Below are positions 40,184 through 54,429 of a stretch of DNA of 64,000 bases, one piece after another. The notes beneath the pieces were generated by a model. It had not been told where the DNA came from. It saw only the letters and a program-made list of their open reading frames with translations, and did no database searches. Each line of letters begins with the position of its first letter. Positions within the stretch are counted from its first letter, which is position 1. The DNA is from Balanoglossus misakiensis (taxonomy: Eukaryota > Animalia > Hemichordata). The stretch is from contig CM082580.2 in the NCBI GenBank assembly GCA_040954595.2, positions 14,274,389-14,338,388 of the forward strand, written 5' to 3'. The position numbers were made by a program, and so were the translations under genes.

Positions 40184-41413
40184 TGTGGTGAACAGTATCT
40201 GTAAATGAATGCAAATAGGTTAACCATGCATTAATGTGACCCTTTTCAGAAAAGTATACTTTATCATTATCCTCCTTTATGGCTTGTATAGTTCAGCAAA
40301 TTTTGGCTCAATAAATTGGTTGAAATCCATAAAAACCAATATTAGAATGGTAAGATTTTGCACGTCTTGAAGCATTGTGCATTTGGAATCTTGCCAGGTA
40401 TGGTAACTATGGGCATGATTGCAGCTAAATATATTACCCACTTGGCTATTTTATCACCTATTTCGCAGTGGGCGGATCCGTATTCGTGGTACCATACTCA
40501 ACAAGTTCAAATTCGGTAGACGTTGGAGTTGCAACTTTTTGCACTGCCCATAATTCATAATAACTTATTGAAAGTGTTCGTGAATTTAAAGGAGTCGTAT
40601 GTCACTTACAGTTATTCACTTTTCTGGCTTACACTGCTAACACTGACTAGATTGGGAGTTTTTTTACTCGAAAGAAGTGAAAGTCCCAAGGCCACACAGG
40701 TCGAACACCTGTCTACATGTCTAAGAGTAATATACACCCCTTTCAAATTTCACTAATAGTCGAGGTAAAATGGAGAAACTTGTAAAAAAATATTTACTCA
40801 CTTACTGAATTCTATATTTCTTGTTTCATTCACTGGAGAGTAAGCGGTCGCGACAAAATCTCCAGTCCACACCTACGTCCACTACTTGTCTTCTTCAACT
40901 CCTGGCCACACGCACATCACATGTATCAGGTGACAGTCACATGATGTTGGACATCGACCTTTTACGCGAATGGGAGGTCATGACCCTGGACTTACTCCTT
41001 TACGTTATCAGTTACATTAAGTTAATATTTCTTATAAAAAATAAGTACATTGGAGGAGGAACTCAAAATTTACGCATCTGGTATATTTTCAACAGAACAA
41101 TCACTGGTGTAGTAATTATTCATGCGTTCTACGAAACCACGTATATTATATACATTGAGAAATTGTCGTAAATGAAGTTCTGTTACACAAGAGACACACG
41201 CCACGCGAAAATGCATACAGTACAGTGGAATGTGTTGCTACAATAATTGAGAACGTTGCTGACAGTCCCTCGATTGCAGTTGTAGGGTTTCATGGCACTG
41301 AAACCTCTAACCCTGTTCAAGAACGTTTCAACTGAAGAATACATTCTCTATTGCAATTTTGTGTTTGTGTTGGTTCTGATTGTTGCGTGGGCAGCTTGCT
41401 GGAAGACTAAATC

Positions 41414-41662
41414 ATGGAGAAAGAAGAAGGTATCGAAAGAGACTCAGACGGTCCCCGTGACGCCGCAGATCAAGGCTTCGGCATAGCTGAAGAGATAGAG
41501 GGACCAAGACAAGAAACGGCGAGCAGTGATGATGAGTTAACTTTTACTGCTGAGCATGATGGGACGGCGAGAATAAAACCTGAGTGAGTCACATTTAATG
41601 CGCCAGTTGGCGATTTGCCCCATGCCTCACGTGGTGGTGGTGTGACTGGTAATGATAAGATA

Positions 41663-41754
<92 letters not shown>

Positions 41755-44700
41755 AATGGTGGTGGTGGTGGTGGTGATGATGATGATGGTGGTGGTGGTG
41801 GTGGTGATGATGATGAAGATGATGATGATGATGATTGACAGGCCAGCTAGCTGTATCTGTTTGCTTTCACAATATATGTTGAGTGTATATTCTTTTGTTT
41901 TGACAGATTTATTGACAAAGACAGAATCCTAGAAAACTGGAACAAAAAGGTTGGAGTAGAGAAGAAAAAGGATGTATGTGGTGCAGAGAGTGGCAAAAAT
42001 GAGGAACCCCCGACCAAAAAGTCAAAGAAGGAAAAACGAGGACAGAATAAGCACAGACCCAGAGACCAGAAAATCAATCCTTCTGAAAGACTCTGTCCAA
42101 GTGTTGCAAATGAAACTGTTTGTCACTATGCAGAAAGATGTAGATACGAGCACAATGTGGAAAGTTTCATGGCAAAGAAACCTCCAGATATTGGTGAGAA
42201 ATGTCATGTGTTTGAGAAGATGGGAAAGTGTCGATATGGTCTCAGTTGTAGATTTGGAAACAGCCACATCAGCATGGTTTACAAGAATGTGGTAGATGAA
42301 GAAAAATTGAAAGATGTCCAACCTGAAATTACAAATGTACTCTCAAAAGATCTTCAGAAGCTACTCTGGAAGAAGAAATACAAATTTGAAAAGGCGAGCA
42401 AAGTTCTAGGCACACTAATGAAGATGAAAAAGTCTGGAGAGGCTGATGTAAAGCCCTCATTGGCCGCTGAACCAGGTGATCAGCCAATGGAGGTAACCAC
42501 TGCTGGACCAGAACTGAGCACAGATGCACAGAGTTGTATTCCTAAGCACAACGCAGGAACTGTTACAGATGAAGATATGATCAGATTGCGCGCTTGCGAA
42601 AAGAAGAAAATTGATTTCTCGGATAAACTGTACCTGGCACCACTGACAACAGTAAGTGTACACTGGCAAATCTTGTCAGACTATTCTTTATTGACATTTC
42701 CCTTCCTTTTATTTCACTGTTTTAGCGTGATGATTTTGCTCAGTTGCTGTGCTTATGTTCATTTCTGCATCTTAGGTTGGTAACTTACCATACAGACGCA
42801 TTTGTAAAAAGTTTGGCGTTGATATCACATGTGGTGAGATGGCTATGTGCACCAATCTACTCCAAGGTCAGTTATCTGAATGGGCCTTGCTGAAGAGACA
42901 CAGCTCAGAAGATGTATTTGGTGTGCAGGTATCTGACACAGTTTATTTTTGATTGATGAAAACATGATTTGTTGTGGTGTTTATGTATTTCAGGGATGGA
43001 CACAATATGGAACCGCACTTTGACTTGATATTTTGTGTCATTTCAGCTGTGTGGATCATTTCCTGACACAATGACAAAATGTGCAGAGCTGCTGTCTGAC
43101 AGCATTGATGTGGATTTCATTGATATCAACGTTGGGTGTCCGATCGATTTGGTTTTCAAGAAGGTCAGTATCCCTTGTTACACTCTAATGGTCAAAATGA
43201 TTGTGAAAACGATGGTTTAACATCTGCTCTTGTATGCCATCGCCTTGTAACATACTTGTTTTGGTTTTTGTCTTTCTCAGGGAGGAGGTTGTGCCTTGAT
43301 GGGAAGACTCAATAAATTTGAACAGATTGTCACTGGAATGACATCGGTAAATTACTGCATTGTTTTCCATTTGTTTTCCATTTGAACAAATGAGTTGAAA
43401 TCTGGACAGAAAAACAATGTCAAAATGCTGAGCTAATGTGAAACTTTAAAAATATGTTGCAGGTGATGGACGTGCCACTGACCGTCAAAATGAGAACTGG
43501 AATACAGGACAAGAGCTTCACAGCACATAAAGTGATACCAAAGCTTAGAGACTGGGGTGTTTCCATGGTGACAGTAAGTCAGCAAACATTACAGAATTCT
43601 TCACTGTTTACAATTGTATCAAACTGCAGCACTGGTGTAAAAAACATTTCAAAGTTTGCACGGACAAGTGTTCCTTGAAGACATTGCCATATAATAGACC
43701 TTTTTAAAGGACTGATACATTGATTGCAGATCCTGACAATGTGACTTTATTCTCCACAGATTCATGGGCGTTCACGTGAGCAGCGTTACACTAAACTGGC
43801 TGATTGGGATTACATTAACGAGTGTGCCCAAGCTGCAGCTCCAATGCCATTATTTGGTAATGGTGATATCCTGTCCTACGAGGATGCCAATAGACAGAGG
43901 CAACACACTGGGGTCACAGGGGTCATGTTAGCAAGAGGTGCATTAATCAAACCATGGGTCTTCACTGAGATCAAGGAACAAAGGTCAGAACCAGGATTAT
44001 GTAGCATATGTCCAGAGAGATGTTGTTGCTTCTCACTTGGTAGTTCAGGACACAACCTGTCATAATTGGCAACCTGGTTCATGATTTGTATCTTTTAACA
44101 TTGAGATAATCGCTCTTTGTCTATTTTGCAGACACTGGGACATCTCCTCGACAGAGAGACTGGATATTTTGCAGGATTTTGTCAATTATGGCTTGGAACA
44201 TTGGGGATCTGATCAGCAGGTAATTTTTTTCAATGAGAAGATACTTTCATTTTTTCTCATCATAGGGCCCTATAAATTGACAAGTTAGATGGTTAGAGAG
44301 AAAAAAACACAGTCTGTGATACTGTTTTGCTATAAAAGTTTGTTAGCTCTGTTGATTAATGCTTTCAATAACACAGGTAATGAGAATTCTGATAGATGTC
44401 TCGTCTGTGTCATGAAAGAGCGCCCTCAGTGTCAACTTACATGTACCATAGAATAATCGTTTGTGGTTGTGAACGTGTATGGTTTTTGGACATCCAATCA
44501 TAGTGTGACAGACCAATTACAGTGGAGAATTGCACCTATCGTGATTGGCAGTCTAAGTGTTTGGGCCCTGATCATTACTGCCCAGATTTTACAGTATAGA
44601 AACTTCTAAAATTTAACTTGTCTCTTAACGTGTGCAGTGTTTTTCATTGTAGCCGTATCTTTCATGGTAGTGATATCTTGGTCTGATTGTTTCTCATGTT

Positions 44701-45193
44701 GGTTATATTGCAGGGTGTTGACCGAACAAGACGATTCCTGCTGGAGTGGTTGTCATTCCTGTATCGATACATTCCAGTTGGTGTGCTGGAACGAGTACCA
44801 CAGAAAATCAATGAAAGACCTCCTTACTACTTTGGTAGAAATGACCTGGAAACTTTAATGGCCAGTGGTAACTATCAAGACTGGATCAAGATAAGGTCAG
44901 TATTTTTAGAAAGCATGGTTGGTATGCTTTGGAAAACTAAAAGAGAAATGCTAGCGATCATCTTGTTTTCAAGCTTGTTCATGATTTGAATTTTCCCATA
45001 AATGTATTCAATGATTGCATTTCGATTTCCTAGGCTATACATTTGATGAAAAATAATTTATCCGAATGACTAATTGAAATCTGTGTACTTACTTCTTCTC
45101 ATTTCTTCTTTTCCCGACAGTGAGATGATGTTAGGGCCTGTTTCCAGTGGATTTCAATTTCTTCCCAAACACAAAGCAAATGCTTACAAATAA
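41414..45193 (+). CDS. DUS3L: tRNA-dihydrouridine(47) synthase, Dus3-like, about 642 aa
   Basis: Two CCCH-type fingers, KLYLAPLTT|[32 protein letters not shown] and C-terminal [14 protein letters not shown] 41414 is preceded by an in-frame TAA. Exons 41414-41583, 41907-42651, 42776-42928, 43047-43163, 43281-43346, 43463-43573, 43760-43983, 44132-44219, 44714-44895, 45121-45193. Confidence 0.95.
41663..41834. repeat. (ATG)n microsatellite (about 30 pure units) with a compound (GTG/ATG) tail in DUS3L intron 1
   Basis: Read directly; explains the poly-Met ORF in the track. Confidence 0.97.
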
Positions 45194-45917
45194 TGTCTCA
45201 TGTCTCCCTCTCTCTGGAGATGTCGATGGAGAGAAGGAACATGGATTATCTCAAAGAAATACTGAAGATATTTGCACGTATCGTGAAGAGATAAGCTATA
45301 TTAAAAAAGAAGCAGCTACCACAGTGATAAGTTATTTGACGTGGCAGCTACTGGTGTATCATTGAAGGCACAACAGGTCTTGGGAGTGTCTTCTGGCAGT
45401 CTATTATGACAGTATGAATTTCTTTAGAATTTTTCTTGCCTCACAAATATGGAAGATACTTCTGCAGTTTTTCATCTTGCTGGCAGCTGTTGTTTTCAGA
45501 AGAGACAGGGAGAGAGAATGCGGGTGTTTGTGTGTGTGTGTTAACATAACTTTATCACTGAATCATGTGAGAGGAAGAAATCTTCACAATTTATGTTGAA
45601 AGAGCAACTTTGGCAAATGGGAATAAAATTATCTGAGGACGGTATTATCACAATCCAACAGGTGGTTATTCATTAGCTTTTTCCAAAAAGTAATATCTAC
45701 ATTAATTTATGAGTGCATGATTTATGTCCAAAAGAAATTTTACACAAGGTATGTGCGAATATTATCTCTACTCTTATACTTGGCCTTTTCCCTGAACAAT
45801 CCTTTCCTCTGTATCCGTCACACCAAGGAGTGCGCACAATGCATATTTGGAAAGTCGTCGTGTATCTAAAAATAATGTTTGAGTATCGGAAGTCTAAGTA
45901 TGCATATAGACTCGTGG

Positions 45918-46564
45918 TTATCTTAAGAGTGTTGCCATGACAATAGCCAAGAAGACAAGGACTGACGCTGGTGAAAGTCTGGAACTTAAATTGAGATCTT
46001 CCCATCGTGCATTGCAAAGTTGGTCTCTACAGCAACGGTAGCAGACCCCATCCGCCATGTTTTCGAAGTCGGTCTGGTAATCGTCGTCACTGCATGTAGT
46101 TTGACAATTGATGGAGCAATAACGCCTCAAGTCAATCACGTGACCGTTAACTTTCTTGACATACAACTGTAAAAACACACAAACATATCGTCATCTCCCT
46201 GTTATCCTCCAGATGCTTTTCCAAGCCGGAAATTCTCTACCGTGTCTTTGAATAGGGCCTAGGTAGAAAAACTGCGATATTTCAAAATAGTGCATTGAAC
46301 TGAAATGCTTGTATTAAATTTTGGAAAAGGAGGGGTTTACGATGTAATCATTTTACTCACTGCACATTTGTCATCATCGGCGGGACATGTGTATACTTTG
46401 TCCGTTGACGGAGGATCATTCTTGCACCCAGCTCCCAATTCTCCGTCTGCTGTTAAGCTGTACGTACACCAGTAACAGTCCAAACTATGAATCACTTGTA
46501 TTGAGAGACAGAAGACAGACAAGAAGGACAGACAAACGAGAGGAGAGATAGATGTCAATACCAT
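45918..46564 (-). CDS. Ly6/uPAR (three-finger, quiver/sleepless-like) protein with signal peptide and predicted GPI signal, about 150 aa
   Basis: Exons 46564-46361 and 46166-45918 (phase 0): hydrophobic leader, LDCYWC...GC...TC...DKCA|...RYCSINCQTTC...VCYRCCRDQLCN, then a hydrophobic C-terminal tail. TATAAA on the minus strand at 46673-46678. Confidence 0.85.
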
Positions 46565-49500
46565 CGAATTTACTCAGTCTTTAACGCAATTCTCATCCGA
46601 CAATCGTTATTCATTTTAGGTATGTAAACGGACAGTCTTGCAATTGGACGGAATTCGATGTATAAGCAATCATTTATACAAGTGTATTCAAAAATTCTAA
46701 ATACCACTTTATTGTCAGGCAGTGGCTAGTTCTAAGCTTACTTTTTATAGTTGTAAAATGCACAACAACTTGGTCTATAGTCGCTTCGAAATCGGTCAAG
46801 GTCCTGTCATGTCAACCTTGCAACCTATAAGCTCTTCAGTAAACAAGTACATGTACTCCTTTAGGTTTGTAAGAACTTTAAAATGAACAGCAGTATAAAC
46901 ACTAGCCTGCCACGTCGATACTTCGAAGTATTCGAATGTATAGGCTTATTCTTACGTTTATTTATAAAACTATAGACACGACAGAATTCTCGAGTGTTGT
47001 CGGATCGGTGACTATGAAGACAGTAAACCGAGTGACGTAACCACCAATGCGCTTCTTCATGTTCAGTAACGCAACAAATGCTACTCAGAACGTCTATTGT
47101 TCAGTGTGAAGTACCACTCACCTGGCAGACAGGTTGTCAGTAAAATCCAGAGACAGATCGGTAGCGTCATCCTCTTTTCTGGCGCTCTCGATTCAACACA
47201 ACTGCGTCAGTTTTGCGTTAGATTACATTTGGTTACACATTCGGCAGGATTTTTCTTTGCGTAGACAATCCTTCAAGTTGCTTCATGTATGTCACCCAAC
47301 TGCAGCGTTTGGCTGGCCTTCAGACTTTAGTGAAGAAACCAATTTCTTCAAATTCACCGCCCAATATAACTGTTTCTCGGTACAATTACATTTATGATAA
47401 TCCGACGTGATACCGGCTGAAAATACACACGTTACCTCTCATCAAGCAGAAGCACCGAGTTACAGATCAACTCTGAAGACGAAAATTTCCTTAACCAACG
47501 GAGAATAATCAGATATGAACATTAGATATGGTTGCTATTTGCTGAATAGTATAGCCTACAGAAAGGTGACGTCACTCAGGTATGATCGATTACAAGGGTC
47601 ACGTATGAACAAAGCAAACGCGGTTGAAATCTTAAAGAGGGATTCCTGTCAATGGTTGGGTGTGGATCGAGGTATTCTTTGCCAACATTGGGATCTTTGC
47701 TTTAACAATAGCTCTCGCCGAGTCAAAGCTCTTGCGATTTTACGCACTTTGGTTTCCGAGGATTAAATGAATGGCGAGGAAAGCCACATAAAACAGGGCA
47801 CAGTTCAAATAGAATTTTCTAAACCGCTTTTAGTGAAATTAGTCAATGTAGGTCAACTAACGACAACAACCAGAAATAGGAGAACATTGATCAAGTCACC
47901 ACACCCTGAGGCCCATAACACTATTTTTGCCCATCGTGGTCTATTCATTAGCAACTGTGAATACTCACGTGTAAGATTTCTGACAGAGAAAAATAGGTCT
48001 ACCATAAACTACTAATCATCTTTGTACATTGTGGTATCTTAAATCATTTCTTTCATCCATAGAGACATTTGTTAGTTGTGTTGGTAACAGCATGCGTGCG
48101 GAATTAGCCCATATCCGTGGTATTAAGTCGAAGGGAACCGAAAGATTCGTCGTCAGAGGGCGGCCTCCACGATGTCTCAACCCCATGCAGTCATTCCCTA
48201 TATACTCCTCATTGTATATAAGAGAAAAACTTAAAATGCCATACAATTTAGAGAAAACAGACTTTAAATGGACAATAATAAAATAGTAATTATTGTTGTA
48301 ATGGCCGTGGACAACATACGTTTTTATTCATACCTTGTTATCTTACATTTCACCGAGAGTAAGAGACATAATTGTCACATATGGCCCAAAGAAAATTTTG
48401 GCACTTACTACCGCTATAAATTCTATTCTTCTTATTGTTCGAACTGTTTGCTATTTATTAAAAACGACGATGTCAATGTGACACTGCCATATTGATAAAG
48501 TGTCTGCCCAAGGTTATGCTCTCTTTTTTTTTTACATCAAATAAGTATTCGTCCATTGAATAGATGGTATTTACTACATATGTAATTAGACCATAATTGG
48601 ATTTACTAGTATACTGTAAAAAAACATTGACTTGATATATGATATCATTCTACTACTGATCGCGTGACAACTACCCATGCTCAGAATCGGTATTAAATTG
48701 CTTTGTGGAGTGTGGCATTGAAGTCACGTATGCGAAAGATCAAGACGGGACCGTGGGTGTTTTCACCTCGATGCGTTTACCCTTGCCCATGTTCATGTAC
48801 ATGTATACCCTTAAACAAATACATTTTTTTAAATCCCCGAAAACAAGCACATGCATGCTCATAGAATATGTACCTGGAATTATGTGAATTGAAAATTGGT
48901 GCAACGAGGAACGTATATGTTGATATGAAACTCAATAGGGTCCCTGGGGCGCATACTACCTTAACGATCATACAATACTGTATTGTTGGAAATTGATGAG
49001 ACTGTGTACTACCACTGGGACCCACCGTTCTATAGTTGTGTAAAACGTTTTTTGAAATACATTATATGTCCAGTTTATCAGTGGACCCCAAACAAAACCG
49101 ACAGACTCTCAAGAATACTTATTGCTGTCGTGCATTTGAATAGTTCTATATTGTCGTATGGTACACGAATCGAAAATATGGTTCTTCAAAGTGGGTCGTA
49201 TTTGCCATTAGGCGCATTTCTGCTAAACAATCTGCCGACCATTCTCCATTAGTCTTCCCTGTTGTAATACAACATATTCTTGTCAAATCAATGGCGAGAT
49301 CACCCTTTGGTATTTTGTGAGATCCATTGGTGTAAACTATTGTATTGGATGAGGTAATTGATAACACATTGTTTACCGTTAAAAATCTATCATGATTGAT
49401 CATTGTGATATTATTTGCTCTAATGTATTACTGGTGTATCCCACGAAATGTTTGATAAAATCGATGGTTCCCCGCCGGCCGCCATACAATTAGCACCGTG

Positions 49501-52500
49501 CGTACGAGCCCCAGATCTGAGCGTTACCCTGGAGACACCTTCTTGGTCACGTGACCCGATGTAGAACAGGTAGGTGAGAAAAGTGACACTCGGCTGTAAA
49601 CGAGGAAACAAGAACACTACGGACATTTCATTGCGACGCCAAAGACACAGCGCACAAACAACAATCCCGGGCCCCTCTCTAGAAAACCTTTCCGCCCTTC
49701 GCAAACTAGTTATTGAATTGTCTTGCAACAAGTCATGATGTGTACCGTTACACTTCAGAGAAGAAGCCTTGGGCAGTAGGCCTAATCGCCCAAACGAAGA
49801 AAAAGAAACTTAATTTATACCATTCACTATCTGTCATCGACACGCCCATGTCCCATGAGCTATCCGTCGAACTGGTGTCGTAAGTTATAAGTTATATTTA
49901 TGATATTCTACTGATTACTAATGATTACGGTACCAGCTTTATTTTTAGAGGTGGTCATTAGAGGGTGGCAACCTCCGGTGATGAAGGCGGACCATGATGC
50001 CTCAGGCTGTCACGGAAACTAAAAATAGAACACCAGTACTGGCCTCGTTCCAGCAAACCGTGGCCTCCACACACCAGTGACACTCAGATATAAAGCCCTT
50101 ATCATCTCCATTTTATGACTTCAAAGCTTACACCGCCTACACAGGGTAATTACTGTTAAACTGGGACATCATCATCATTATTTCGACAAGTTTTATTTCA
50201 TGAATTATTCACATACTGTCCAAAGACGAAGCGATTTCAGACAGCTTGGATTCAAAAATCTCATCTTGAACGGGCGGTCGACGACGGGAAAATTTACATG
50301 CATTAACAGATGATTCCTAAATAATATGCAAATCACCACCTAATTTACATAGATTTCTTCTAAAGATTTCAAACAAAGAGAACAGAGAGTTCAGTCGGTT
50401 CATTTTAGGTGTGTTGTGACAGCGATGAAACCCGCCACTGGTGTGCTCCACCGTCGACGTGCGTTCATGGTTGGACAAAGTGGCCGCCTCATTAAGTCAG
50501 ATGATCTCCGCCCCTCGGAACTTTCCGCATTAGAATCGTCTCGTCAGCGTCTAGTCCAGAAACTCCTCGGTGTTGGTAATTATCTATTATGCAACCATTT
50601 GTGTGATTCGTGCTACTCAGATACGAAGTGATAGCCCAACTTTCGCTACTTTAGATAATAATCATGCAAGTCGCTGTATGACTACCTTTATGTCCGTTAT
50701 TGGCCAAATGCGAATTTTAAATGGGCTATACAATATAGAAACCAAACGTAAAAAAAACGATGTAAAGATAATATTTTATCAGCTTCATTTCATTCGAGAT
50801 GTAATATCGTGTTGATCGACTGTACTGTGGCGTGAGAACCGAAGAATGAACCACAACTAGATTCTTCGTCAAGTTTTGGCAATGTTACCACAGAAACAAA
50901 TGACCAGCATTCAGCATGCGCCTGAATTGGCCTTTTTGGAATCGGCATGCGAAGTAACCAGATTACGTTTGCATCTATTACGTAACAAGTTCTTGAAGTG
51001 AATGAGACCGACGTGGTTGGGGTGATTTTAACAATGATCGTTGTACTGGAAAGTGAAATGTAATTTATTTTACGTAATAGGGTGTTTTTGTCGCAGTTTC
51101 GACATGGAAATCTAAATTGCTCCATAAACTGGATTACTTTTCATATGCGTTAACACTCATTTGTTTTTTGGGTTATTTTAGGATCACTCACGGATGCAGT
51201 AGCAACAGAATACCCAGCCTTCTGTACGGTACACTCGTTCGGTTGATGTCCTTCCATCGTCGTTTGTTGTTGGAGTAGCGATTTAATGAATCGACCCAGT
51301 TGAAGCGTGTGCTATTTATACTCCGTATACAACGCCACCGCAGCCCGACTGTGTTAGACACTGCAACGCGAAGGTTGCCCACACACCCACCCACCCATCC
51401 GTTCAGCGAATGAATATCATAGCTTACAAAACTCGCAATCCTCCAAGCGAATCACTTCATTGCTTCGGGCTTGTGCGTTGTCAGACAGCCACGGAGAGCA
51501 TCCTGTTGATCAAACCTTAATCAACAAATGCTCGACGACTGTGGTTGAAAAGCGAAACTGAGGAAGATCGGGACGAACTCTAGAAGTGTCATTGAAGCGC
51601 GCTTTACCATTATAACTCTGTGCATATCTGTGCATATACCTGCAGAAGCTAATTACCCAGACCCCTCGCCATTCTGCAAAAGAGACAATCCAACTGCTGT
51701 CTGTTCACAGAAGTCACCACTCCAGGTAGGACACTTCATTTTGCATGACTAACACTTCACAGTTAAGAGCGTAGAGTCATTAACATGGCCATTTCAAGAA
51801 TGTCATTGTCGGAGAGACCGTGACGTTTTTTATGAGAAGACATTGAAAGTGGTTCTGGTAGAGTTTTTAAAGAGAATCATATAACGCCTAAGCAGGTACT
51901 GTAACTCCCCGAAACTCTCAACCATAATATTCACGTCCACGAAACAGAAGTTTTCATAGCATCGTAGGCAGTCTGCAGTAGACCTGTCTGTGACGACAAT
52001 GAATTCTTCTGACCTTAGGGAAACATGACAGTTGAAAAAGGTTACTGTTATAATAACGGAAAGCTGCGAGATATCTAAGGGGCGCATCCCCAATGCTCTC
52101 GAATATTGTGTGTGTTTAAGAGCCATTCCACTGAGTGTGGTGACAATACGTGTAACAATAGCTGTACGAGAATCCAGACGTCCTACCGGGGCTCTCGCTC
52201 TACTGCCGGTAGTGGAAGAGCGAGAACCCCGCTACGACGTCCAGACTACGACGAATAGTGTCAATACATATATACATGACCAGGGGCAAGATGTGTGGAA
52301 CATTTTTTCAGTGCGATAGAGAAGACATCATTCTGTTCAGACAACGCACTCAACTCATTCCATATTTTTAGAACGCATTTACTCAGGTACTTCTATAATG
52401 GTACAAATCACCAGTTTATGATAAAATGTAGTTTAGATCTACTATAATTCAAAATGTCACAAGGATTTGAAGAGATAATCGTGACAGGCATTTTACAAAG

Positions 52501-54411
52501 CGTGTCACCACAGCAGATTTATTGCAATCTGACGTAGTTGTTGTAACATATGTTGAAATGTAGTGAGTTACAGAGTGTATATGAGCAAATTCGACAATAG
52601 CTACACATGACAACATCCGTAAATGTGGTTTGCAAGACCCAGTCTAAATTCATTTTTTAATTTGTCAACCTTGTGACCTGATAAAATATTTGATTAATCG
52701 CGCCGGGTGAAGGTAAAAGTGAGGTAAACAATATCAAATCATGGCCGGCTTAGGTTTTCATAATTTGTTTAAGCAAATAGATTCAGGTGTGAGGGTCAAT
52801 AATTGCATGTCAAAAATGTGTTTGACATCTGCAGATTTGCCCCAATGTTGCATTCCTTCTCCATTCCGTAAATATTGTATTTAGAAGAATGCAAAGGTTA
52901 GTATGTTTAACCACATTTTGAAGTTTGCTGGTGATCCGGACATAGTCAGCTGTTAATACCAGAAAGCGTGAGAGCGGTCATGGTCTCATAGTAAATGATT
53001 TGATTGAGTGGTTGGAAATTTGTTCTTGCAATTGAATGTTAGTCAAACAAAGTGATATCAAACTGCGTGTTTTCATGAGATTATAGCACATGCATCCAAA
53101 ATATGGCATCTGTCACTAGCGATTATGTAAATTAATGAAAAATCTGAATTTTACATTACTAACACACAGAGAGAAACAGGCATTGCATTCTGTATGACAG
53201 TCTGACCTATATTGTAAAGTGAAAGTGAGTACACGCCTGATACGTACAAGATGTCCTCTAGGCATGTAAACTTGTTACACGTATTTCAACGATTCTGCAC
53301 ACGTTACCACGCCTTATTCAATGCTTATTCTGTATCAGTGTTTGGAGCGGTACCGTGTTAAGTACATCAGCCGCAAGCTGGCAGGGAATTTGTGCTCTTT
53401 TACTTTAAACCATTCTCTCGCTGTGAAAGGAATTATACCATTTCTTTCCAACAAACACAAATCACTTTAAACCTTGATAAGCGTTATTTTCCCGCATGAA
53501 ACAGCGTCCATGTGACCGTTTTACTTTTTGATTTTGGTTTTTCATTTTTGCTGGGATTGGAGAGCTCAAGTTTTCTCCTGGCGCGCCGGAGGTAGTATTC
53601 TAATGACCGTGAAGGGCGTTGCTATTTTAATGAGGTTATCTTTACTCTGTCTCGCCACTGAATTCTTTCATTTTAATTCATTTACACACGAATAGTAGGT
53701 ATATAATCGTGCGATACATACACGTGGAAGCTAATCAGTAAAAACAAACATCTTTATTCTTTCCCTCAGAAAGTAGTTTTTCTGGGATTGAGGCGAACAA
53801 ACTTATTTACAATAGATGGACAATTCTCAGTTTTTTAAAAGATGGCTTACGGTGTAAAGAGTCGAGGAATTGAAGCAGACATATATAGACAATGCAGATT
53901 TCATTGTATGATGAGCTTACATGTTGAAAACGTTAGTGTGAAATAATTTTAAAAGTCTTAGAAAAAGAAAAGCTTTAGCTTCTATGAGATTTTGTTTAAA
54001 ACAAACTCTTGAAAAGAAGACATTACGGTTCAACGGTTTGTTGTAATGTGTTGATTAGAAGATGATTGGTTCGAAGTAGACATGACAGTGAAATTGAGTC
54101 CTCCAGCGAGAAATTTTACTTTTCGGCTTTTCTTTGCCCTCTAAAGTGTGACAGTGATTGTGTTCTCAAGCTCTGCTGTATTGATGACTCTGGTGTGAGA
54201 TGGCTAGAGGCATAGTCTCCAGGGATTTGAGTGGCTCAGGCTGCAAATCAAACAGACACAATCCCGACTTGGGTATTGAGCACCTGCAAGCCTTAGCACT
54301 TGTCAAGGACATGTGCGCTGTAGAAGGAGGCAGCGTCGACGAAATCATCGTCTTAGCTGTGGGATATGCGATTATTAGATATGACGCCCGTTGGACTGTA
54401 CTGTACATGTA

Positions 54412-54429
54412 CCCCCCCCCCCCCCCCCC
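54412..54429. repeat. Poly-C/poly-G homopolymer (about 18 nt)
   Basis: Read directly from the sequence. Confidence 0.9.

Noticed and set aside
41615-41932. Poly-Met ORF
   Set aside because: Translation of an intronic (ATG)n microsatellite.
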